Assembly (NCBI GenBank): GCA_965202985.1
Contig: CBDBCF010000002.1
Coordinates: 638,451 to 702,450, forward strand
Length of the DNA: 64,000 nt
Reading direction: 5' to 3'
Source of the DNA: Longimicrobiales bacterium
GTDB lineage: Bacteria; Gemmatimonadota; Gemmatimonadetes; Longimicrobiales; Gaopeijiaceae
The notes beneath the pieces were generated by a model. That model was not told the origin of the DNA. It saw nothing but the letters and a program-made list of their open reading frames with translations, and searched no databases. Positions within the stretch are counted from its first letter, which is position 1, and every line of letters starts with the position of its first letter. The translations under genes were made by a program, and so were the position numbers. Shown piece after piece: positions 57,073-64,000 of this stretch.

Positions 57073-57621
57073 ATGGAGCGACTTGAAAGATGGCGAGCCG
57101 TGTTGAAGGAGAACCTTGAGATTGCTGCCTTGGTGGCCACCGCGTTGGTGGCGATTGTCACGATCGTGGGAGCCGTGGTGGGCTCGGCAAGGTGGCTGAA
57201 GGCCGGCATTGACGCGGAGATCGCCGAGGTCAGGCAAGACCTCGCCCAGGTCAGGCACGACCTGGAAGCGCAGATCGCCGAGGTCAAGCAGGAACTAAAG
57301 GTGGAGATCGCCGAGGTCAGGCAGGAACTAAAGGTGGAGATCGCCGAGGTCAGACAGGAACTAAAGGCGGAGATCGCCCAGGTGAAGCAGGACCTGGAGG
57401 ACCAGATCGCGGGCCTCGCAACCGGCACGGAATGGCGGATCGACACGAGCGCGGGCAGCCTGCAACAGCAGATCGTCGGCCTTCGAGAGCAGCTGAACGG
57501 AATGCAGCAGCAGATCACCGCTCTGCAAGAACAGCTGGCTCTGATCGCGCTCCGCCTGCCGGCCAGGGAATCGGGCGGGACGCCCGAACTCGGCAGGTCC
57601 GGCGGCGACGCGCAGGAATAG
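57073..57621 (+). CDS. Membrane-anchored coiled-coil protein built from 11-residue repeats
   Basis: ATG 57073. TM 'IAALVATALVAIVTIVGAVVG' followed by the repeats IAEV(R/K)QELK(V/A)E. 182 aa. Confidence 0.65.
   Translation: MERLERWRAVLKENLEIAALVATALVAIVTIVGAVVGSARWLKAGIDAEIAEVRQDLAQVRHDLEAQIAEVKQELKVEIAEVRQELKVEIAEVRQELKAEIAQVKQDLEDQIAGLATGTEWRIDTSAGSLQQQIVGLREQLNGMQQQITALQEQLALIALRLPARESGGTPELGRSGGDAQE
57217..57402 (+). repeat. 33-bp tandem repeat array (about 5.5 units) inside the coiled-coil gene
   Basis: The units gagatcgccgaggtcaggcaggaactaaaggtg (57304-57336) and gagatcgccgaggtcagacaggaactaaaggcg (57337-57369) are near-identical. They are flanked by more diverged units at 57217, 57271 and 57370. 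Confidence 0.85.
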
Positions 57622-57631
57622 CGCCGGCAAG

Positions 57632-58879
57632 GTGATTCGGTCGGGCCTGCGATCGCTCTACATCCGGGCGCGGCTGGGGGAGGAGTGGGCCCGAAGCGGC
57701 GTCGTGTGGTGGCCTCTGGCGCGCCGCTTCGTCGCCGATCCCTACCCGTCCTATCGGAAGCTGCGCGAGAAGGACCCGTTCCACTACAGTCCGCTGACCG
57801 GCCAGCTCGTGGTTTCGCGCTACGAGGACGTGGACCGCATCCTCCGCGATCACAAGCGGTTCAGCAACGACCTCCGGCTGGCGCGGCCCCGGCGGAAGGC
57901 CGACGCCCGAAGCAAGCTGAAGCCCAGCATGTTGTCGCTGGACCCGCCGGACCACACGCGGTTGCGGAGCCTGGTGAGCCGGGCGTTCACGCCGCGCTCC
58001 GTGGCCAAGATGGAGGAGTTCGCGCGGTCCACGGCCCACGCGCTGCTGGACGAGGCCGCCGGATCAGGCGAGTTCGATCTGATGGCCGCCTTCGCGGAGC
58101 CGCTGCCGACGCTGGTGATCGCAAGGATGATCGGCGTCCCGTCCGAGGACCTGGACCGGTTCAAGGAGTGGTCGGACAAGTTCGCACGAGTGCTCGAGCC
58201 CCTGCTCTCGGAACGCGAAGCGCGGGACGTGTTCCACGCCGAACAGGAGTTCGCCCGCTACTTCGCCGGGATCATCGAGCAGAGGCGCCGGGAGCCGTGC
58301 GACGACTTGGTGACTCGGCTGGTCCAGGCCGAAGACGAGGGCGACCGGCTCACCTCCGGCGAGACGCAGGTCATGCTGCGGCTGCTGCTGGTGGCGGGGA
58401 ACGAAACCACCACCAACCTGATCGGCAACGGCACGCTGGCGCTGCTGCGCCACCCCGAACAGATGGAGCTTCTCCGCGGCGAGCCCGACCAGGCCGCCGC
58501 CGCGGTGGAAGAGCTGGCCCGCTACGACTCGCCGGTGCAGGTGGACGGGCGCTTCGTCAAGGAGGATATGGTGCTGGGCGGCAGGAGGGTGCGCACCGGC
58601 GACCGGCTGGCGTTGTTGATCGGCGGCGCCAACCACGATCCCGAGCAGTTCGGGCGCCCCGACGAGCTCGACATCGCTCGCACCGACGGCGGCAACATCT
58701 CGTTCGGGCGCGGCATCCACCACTGCCTTGGCGCACCGCTGGCCCGGCTGGAGAGCCGCGTCGCGTTCCAGGTGCTGCTGGAGCGGTTCCCGAAGCTCCG
58801 TCTGGGCGACCGTCCGCCCGAGTTCCGGCCTACGATCGTGCTCCGGGGGTTGAAGCGGCTGGGGGTTCGGGCGGCGTGA
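57632..58879 (+). CDS. Cytochrome P450
   Basis: I-helix 'VAGNETT', 'ELARYDSPV' (ExxR) and heme loop 'FGRGIHHCLGAPLA'. GTG start at 57632. 415 aa. Confidence 0.9.
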   Translation: MIRSGLRSLYIRARLGEEWARSGVVWWPLARRFVADPYPSYRKLREKDPFHYSPLTGQLVVSRYEDVDRILRDHKRFSNDLRLARPRRKADARSKLKPSMLSLDPPDHTRLRSLVSRAFTPRSVAKMEEFARSTAHALLDEAAGSGEFDLMAAFAEPLPTLVIARMIGVPSEDLDRFKEWSDKFARVLEPLLSEREARDVFHAEQEFARYFAGIIEQRRREPCDDLVTRLVQAEDEGDRLTSGETQVMLRLLLVAGNETTTNLIGNGTLALLRHPEQMELLRGEPDQAAAAVEELARYDSPVQVDGRFVKEDMVLGGRRVRTGDRLALLIGGANHDPEQFGRPDELDIARTDGGNISFGRGIHHCLGAPLARLESRVAFQVLLERFPKLRLGDRPPEFRPTIVLRGLKRLGVRAA

Positions 58880-59300
58880 GAGTCGGAGTCCAGACGTGGA
58901 TGCGATGCTTGAACCTGCGAAAGTCCTTGGCGTTGAAGGTCAGCAGCCTGTCCTCGCCGTAGGCAAGCATGGTGGCGACGATGTTGGCGTCGTGGACCTG
59001 CTTTCCCGCCACCGGCGCCTCCGCGCACAGCTCCGCCAGCTTGACGGCCACCCTCGGCCCGTCCTCCAGCACCTGGAACGATCCAACCAGCCGGGCCGCG
59101 TCGTCCAGCGCGTCCGCCATCGGCAGCGGCGCCGCCCACGTCTGCGGCCTTGTGACCACCGCCAAGTACTCCCGAACGACTTGGCGGCTGATCCTGACGG
59201 CGCCTTCGGCCCGCGCCCTCTCGAGGCTTGCGGACGCCGCGGCCCTGTTCGGGGCGCTCGCCACCCGCACCGCGACGAGCACGTTCGTGTCCACGAACAT
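58830..59300 (-). CDS. vapC: PIN-domain ribonuclease toxin (VapC-like)
   Basis: 'MFVDTNVLV' (Asp4), 'REYL', 'VHDANIVATML' and 'TFNAKDF'. It starts 3 nt after the upstream antitoxin-like gene. Confidence 0.8.
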   Translation of the reverse strand: MFVDTNVLVAVRVASAPNRAAASASLERARAEGAVRISRQVVREYLAVVTRPQTWAAPLPMADALDDAARLVGSFQVLEDGPRVAVKLAELCAEAPVAGKQVHDANIVATMLAYGEDRLLTFNAKDFRRFKHRIHVWTPTLTPPEPPAASTPGARS

Positions 59301-59303
59301 CGA

Positions 59304-59717
59304 TCACCGGCCCTCGTCGTCGTAGATCTGTTCCCTTCGCGCCGCGAAGCCCTGGGGCCACGGTCCGAAGTCGCGGGGCGGCAGCAGCTCGTCGACAGGG
59401 GGAACGCGAGGCGTCGCCGCGGAGACCGACGTCCCCTCGATCCTTTCGAACACCAGTTCCTCGGCCCCGAGGTCCACCAACCGCGTCCTCCACCCCGCGG
59501 CTTGCCAAGCCAGAGCATGGCTGTGGCCGCCTCCTGCGCCCGGATTGGCCCACCACGGCCGGTGGATGCGAGCCGAATCCGGCAAGGAAAAGCCCAAGAT
59601 CGTCTCGATCTCGACAAAGGAAGCGCGCCAACGCGGCTCGGCGAGTTCGGAGAGGTGGCGGTACAGCGGCGCGTACTTTCCCCTGGAAGCGACCTTGCGG
59701 ACGAGTTGCGTGGTCAT
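59304..59717 (-). CDS. Putative cognate antitoxin with atypical N-terminal domain
   Basis: 137 aa, immediately upstream of the PIN gene. The C-terminal 'PPRDFGPWPQGFAARREQIYDDEGR' resembles the toxin-binding tail of AbrB/VapB-type antitoxins. The N-terminal ~70 aa ('KYAPLYRHLSE...FVEIETILGFSLPDSARIHRPWWAN') is not a classical AbrB/RHH/Phd fold as far as I can tell. Confidence 0.55.
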   Translation of the reverse strand: MTTQLVRKVASRGKYAPLYRHLSELAEPRWRASFVEIETILGFSLPDSARIHRPWWANPGAGGGHSHALAWQAAGWRTRLVDLGAEELVFERIEGTSVSAATPRVPPVDELLPPRDFGPWPQGFAARREQIYDDEGR

Positions 59718-59796
59718 CGGGGGCTCCGTTGGTTGAGTTGAGCGGGAGTCGGAACACGACGCTGCGCTCCGGCCGAACGCAGGTTCTGGTTTCGCC

Positions 59797-59826
59797 AGAT
59801 ATGAGTGAGTATATGAGTACTATAGC
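59797..59826 (-). promoter_or_regulatory. AT-rich patch with direct repeat ATATGAGT x2 upstream of the TA module (candidate promoter/operator)
   Basis: atATGAGTgagtatATGAGTactatag. The minus strand reads TATAGT (-10-like) followed by ACTCATAT x2. It lies 80-110 nt upstream of ATG 59717. Confidence 0.35.
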
Positions 59827-60087
59827 CGATTGGGTAGGGGGCCAGTCCCGTCTGCGCCCCTGCGTGGTCCCAGGCAGGCCCCTCGCTTCCAGATCAGAAT
59901 TTTCTTGCGGTTGCGGCCTTCGGGCCGTATTGTGCGGCTCGTGCCGGTCAACCGAGGGAGGCGCGGGAGGTAGCGCGCAATCGTTGCAACCCGTATCCTC
60001 CCCGGATTCTCGGCTCGGGCAACGGCCTTGTTGCCGCCATATAGCCTGCGGGAACGGAGATCCCGCCTACACAACGGAGGATAGGAC

Positions 60088-63000
60088 ATGCACCCACCGC
60101 TACCGAGACGGGCCCTTGGAGTCGCCACCAGCCTCACGACGGGATCACGGGGGGGGGGGGGGGGGGGGGGATCGCCCTTCTGCTCTTCTTCCTCGTGGCC
60201 ACGGGCCAAGCAGCGGGCCAGCAGGCGGGCACCGTCACTGGCATGGTTTCCGACGTGGCGACGGGCCAGACGCTGGAATCCGCGCTAGTTCGGCTGAACG
60301 ACAACGAGGCCGGGGTCCTCACCAACCAGTCCGGCCGCTACCTGATGGTCGGCGTGCCTGCTGGGACCCATCAGCTGAACTTCCTCATCGTCGGCTACGC
60401 CGAGCAGACGCTCGAGGTCACGGTTGTTGCCGGCGAGACCACGGTCTTGAACGCCGAACTCGCGGCACAGGCGATCCAGATGCAGGACTTGGTCGTGACG
60501 GGGGTGGCCCGGGCTACGCCACGCGTGAAGCTCCCCTTCACGGTCGAGAAGCTGGACATCGCCGACGTTCCCGTGCCCGCCGTATCCGCCGAGTCGTTCC
60601 TGGTGGGCAAGGTGCCGGGCGTGAAGGTCGTCCGTGGCTCAGGCCAGCCAGGCCAGACCGGCGACATCCTGCTTCGAGGCGCCACCGCCATTAGTGGCGG
60701 CCAAGGCCCTCTCGTTATCGTCGACGGCATCATTACCGACGACAGCTTCGACGACATCGCGGCACTGGACATCGAATCGATGGAGGTCGTCAAGGGAGCC
60801 GCCGGCGCGTCCCTCTACGGTTCACGGGCGGCCAACGGCGTCATCCAAATCCGCACCAAGCGCGGAACCGGCTTCGGTGGCCGCGATTACAGCCGAATCG
60901 TAACCAACAACGAACTCGGCTCCGAACGAATGTACGGCCGCGTTCCACTGTCCCAGAATCATCCTTGGAAGCTCGACGCTGGCGGCAATCTTGTGGACGT
61001 ACGTGGCGAGTCGATCCCCGACATCACCGACCCCGACGCAAACAACCCTGCACTCAACGGCGACGACGTTTTCACGTCGTTTCAGGACGGAAGGTGGCCG
61101 TCGTCGCTTCCCAACTACGACCAGCTCGGCCGGATTTTCTCCCCCGGGACGCTGCTCACGAACTCCGTTGCGACGGAGGGACGCAATGGGGCCACCAACT
61201 ATCGGGCGTCCTTTGAGCACCGGGTCGACCGCGGTATCCTGCCCGACTTCAACGACGGATTTGGTCGAAAGGGATTCCGGATCAACGTTGATCACGATGT
61301 CCGAGACAACCTCGCAGTCTCACTGAGCACGTCATACAGCCAACGAACCCAGCAAGACATGGGGGACACTCCTTGGTATGAAATCACGTTCATGCCGCCG
61401 TACGTGGACCTGCTTAGACGTGATCCATCAACGATCGGGCTTCCCTTCTGTCCGTCCAACGGCTGTCTCTACGTGCACCCGGATCCGTTCAACGAAGGAA
61501 CTGTCGACAACCCGCTGTACAACCTGGAATTGTATGATTTTCGTGACAGGAGACAAACCGTAGCTGCTGCTGCTACCGTCCGGTGGACACCCTTTGCCTG
61601 GATGGATCTTGAAGGCGTCTTCGGTATGGATCGCAAGGCTTTGGCTCAAACGGATATTGTTCCCGAGGGTCTCCAGACGATCACTACGGGCACTTCCCCT
61701 GGCAGCTACTTCCGCTATCAGAATCACGATCAAGACGTCAACGCCGAGGCTACTCTCTCGTTCAACAAAGCGTTCGGAGACTTCGCTACCAGAACTCGAG
61801 TTCGTTATTCGCAGGAGAACAGTTCCTACGACAGATTCGACACGTATGGTGAAGACTTCTTGGCCTCCGATATTCCTCGGCTCAATAACCTCGACCCGGA
61901 GACTTTCTCCTCCGGCTCGTACATTAGCGAAGTCGTCTCTGAGAACTATTTCCTGATCTCCGCGTTGGACTACCAAGGCAAGTACATTCTCGACGGCGTA
62001 GTTCGCCGAGACGGCTCCAGCCTCTTTGGCGAGAACCAGAGATGGCACACCTTCGCTCGCGGGTCCGCTGCGTGGAGGCTAGCTCAGGAAGCTTGGTGGC
62101 CATTTGACCAGATCAACGAATTCAAGCTCCGCTATTCCGTCGGTACGGCAGGTACTCGTCCTAGGTTCGAGGCCCAGTACGAGACCTACAGCGTCGGCGG
62201 CGGCAGCATTACGCCGGTCACACTAGGCAACAAGGAGCTCAAGCCCCAGAAGACCGTCGAAGTCGAATACGGCATGGACATGGTCTTGTTCGACAGGTTC
62301 AACATGGGCCTGACCTACGCCACAACGTCTTCCGAGGATCAGATTATCCAGGTCCCGCTTCCCAAGGCGGGCGGATTCGGTTCGCAATGGCAAAACGCAG
62401 GGACCTTGCAGTCCAGCACGTGGGAGTACTTCCTCGAGACTTCGCTGATCAACACCGAAAACGTGACCTGGACCGCCAGACTGAACTTCGACCGCACGCT
62501 AGAAGAGATCACGCGCCTCGATCGACCTGCGTTCCGAAGCGGCTTTTTCTACTTTCGCGACGATGAAATCTTCGGCTCCTTCTTTGGTGCAGCTTGGGCG
62601 CGGACATGTGCCCACCTTCCCGCTGGCGCACCGTGTGACCAGTTCGAACTTAATGACGACGGGCTACTCGTCTGGGTCGGGTCCGGAGCCAGCTACACCG
62701 ACGGCATAGGAAACGGCCTTTGGGGCACCGAATCGTCCGGCCAGACAGGAGAAGATGTATTTCAGTGGGGCATGCCCATTAGGAGGTTCGACGAGTGCGA
62801 GAGTCGCCGGCAGGGTGGCCTTGGTTGCTCCGATTTCCTTTATATGGGTAACACCAGGCCCGATTTCAGCGTGAGTTTTTCCAACAACTTCAGATGGAAG
62901 GACCTGACGCTGTATGTGCTGTTGGACGGCGAATTTGGCACGGAGATATACAACAGGACTCGTCAATGGGCCTATCGAGACAATCGCTCCGGCGACCAAG

Positions 63001-63353
63001 ATCAGCTCGGCAAGGCGGACGGCCTGAAAAAACCGGTGGCGTATTACCAGCGCCTCTACAACACCAACGCACTCAACGAGTGGTTCGTGGAGGACGGCAC
63101 GTTCATCAAGGTTCGCGAAGCATCTGTGCGATACTCGGTTCGGCCGGACTGGATCGACTCGCTGTTCGCCGGCCGGGTCACCGCGGTCGAGCTCAATCTG
63201 ATTGGCCGCAACCTCTTCACGTTTACCGACTACGCCGGCTATGATCCCGAGGTTGGCAACGGCAATGGCGGATCGGACGTAGTCGGGCGCATAGACAGCT
63301 ACTCCTATCCCAACTTCCGAACCATCAGCGCGAACGTCGAGATCATCTTCTGA
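60088..63353 (+). CDS. SusC/RagA-family TonB-dependent outer-membrane receptor, with the reading frame interrupted inside a G22 tract
   Basis: GGAGG plus 8 nt precedes ATG 60088. The main frame is open from 60171 to the stop at 63353. CarboxypepD_reg-like 'GTVTGMVSDVATGQTL...'. Plug 'ILLRGATAISGGQGPLVIVDGI...MEVVKGAAGASLYGSRAANGVIQIRTKRG'. C-terminal '...NVEIIF'. ATG 60088 is in a different frame from 60171 onward, and joining them needs G23 or G20. Confidence 0.85.
60149..60170 (+). repeat. Homopolymeric G22 tract
   Basis: Counted directly: g at 60149-60170, flanked by ...gatcac and atcgcc.... Confidence 0.95.
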
Positions 63354-63379
63354 CGCAACGGAAAGGACCCTACCAAGAA

Positions 63380-64000
63380 ATGCCTAACATCGCCAAAAAG
63401 CTAGCTGCATCCAGCATGTTGCTGGTGCGGAACGTCGGCGTGCTCGCCTTCTCTCTGCTGATGGTCGCGTGCGCGGACCTGACGGTCGTGAACTACAACG
63501 ACCCCGATCGCGAGCGTGCGATCGCCGGCGCCTCCGACGTGGAAGCTCTGATCAGCGGAGGATGGCAGAGCTGGCACGTGGTGGCGCACCAGAACTACCC
63601 GGGGTCGGCCCTCAGCACGGCGGCCGATGCGCACTCGTCCTCGTGGGGCAACTGGGGGATGCGCGACTCCGGATGGGAACCCCGCAAGTCGTACAACAAC
63701 GACCCGTCGTACAGCTACCGATCCCTGGCCGAAACCCCGTGGACTCGATCGTACCGGTCCCTAGCCGCCGTGCGGGACGGCTTGCTGGCGATCGAGGGTG
63801 GAACCCGGATTCAGGAGAGTCCACCGCTTGGAGAGGACAACACTGATCGAGCGATCGTCTTCGCAAAGATGATCCAGGCGATGTCCTTGGCCAACTTGGC
63901 CGTGCTGTTCGACCAAGCGTTCGTCGTCGACGAAACCGTCGAGGACGTGACCGCATTGGAGCTTCAGGGCTACGAACAGGTCTGGAGCGCAGCGGAGGCC
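63380..64000 (+). CDS. SusD/RagB-family lipoprotein (5' part; runs off the window)
   Basis: Hand-translated from ATG 63380 as MPNIAKKLAASSMLLVRNVGVLAFSLLMVACADLTVVNYNDPDRERAIAG..., with lipobox 'LLMVAC'. The frame is open to 64000 and starts 27 nt after the SusC stop. It is not in the supplied ORF track because it has no stop within the window. Confidence 0.7.
   Translation, partial: MPNIAKKLAASSMLLVRNVGVLAFSLLMVACADLTVVNYNDPDRERAIAGASDVEALISGGWQSWHVVAHQNYPGSALSTAADAHSSSWGNWGMRDSGWEPRKSYNNDPSYSYRSLAETPWTRSYRSLAAVRDGLLAIEGGTRIQESPPLGEDNTDRAIVFAKMIQAMSLANLAVLFDQAFVVDETVEDVTALELQGYEQVWSAAEA

Noticed and set aside
59830-60087. A possible riboswitch (for example cobalamin) in the 370-nt leader of the TonB-dependent receptor. 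Local hairpins include GGCC-TTCG-GGCC and GGCAAC-GGCCTT-GTTGCC.
   Set aside because: I could not find a B12-box-like core or any other riboswitch consensus. SusC/SusD-type receptors are not the usual B12 transporters. The hairpins alone are not diagnostic.
60195-60197. GTG 60195 as the native start of the SusC-like gene (as listed in the ORF track).
   Set aside because: It would give an outer-membrane receptor with no signal peptide. The in-frame residues just upstream (IALLLFFLVATGQAAG) are an obvious signal-peptide core, and a strong SD-ATG lies at 60088 in the frame reachable through the G-tract.

Overview
This is a high-GC (about 68-70% over most of its length) bacterial chromosomal segment. 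The gene content includes a SusC/SusD pair, a family of 6-bladed beta-propeller-like lipoproteins with a GxGPGEF-type motif, a DUF4159/DUF4175-like module and a BNR/VPS10-like protein. This suggests an FCB-group, Gemmatimonadota-like organism, but that is inference only because no database search was possible. All calls come from reading the supplied six-frame ORFs and the DNA by eye (motifs, signal peptides, start-codon context).

I support about 50 protein genes and 2 tRNAs (Ser-UGA, Gln-UUG). I saw no rRNA, CRISPR array, transposase or integrase. Positions 54-48318 are an almost unbroken minus-strand array interrupted only by three plus-strand genes (two lipoprotein genes at 34310-37001 and the epimerase gene at 45207-45644); the minus-strand genes are: ATPase-nuclease, lexA-like, gltX, an MFP-OMF-RND-RND efflux operon, ispG, a fused purN-purH, an MBL hydrolase, iscA/erpA, an ECF sigma factor, gmhB, selA, valS, FAH, a JAB-DinG helicase, a DUF4159/DUF4175/TPR module, rsmI, trxA and clpB. 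At least 18 gene junctions in this array are 4-nt ATGA/GTGA/CTGA start-stop overlaps. The right-hand part (51-64 kb) is compositionally heterogeneous and looks accessory.

The most noteworthy observations are:
1. A 22-nt poly-G tract breaks the signal-peptide region of a SusC-like TonB-dependent receptor. This is either a candidate slipped-strand phase switch or a homopolymer assembly error.
2. A candidate undescribed envelope module: sigma54-like promoter -> secreted 9-Cys protein -> beta-propeller lipoprotein -> ECF sigma factor with no anti-sigma gene. It lies next to a near-identical tandem paralogue, and the lipoprotein family has six members in the window.
3. A JAMM/JAB metalloprotease domain fused to a DinG/XPD-type helicase.
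4. Three perfect 15-bp palindromes, phased about 42 bp apart, in front of clpB.
5. An in-frame PurN-PurH fusion.
6. A LexA-like repressor lacking both catalytic residues.
7. A 2.1-kb low-GC islet abutting tRNA-Gln.
8. A membrane protein built from 33-bp (11-residue) tandem repeats.

The long ORFs antisense to real genes are treated as high-GC artefacts.
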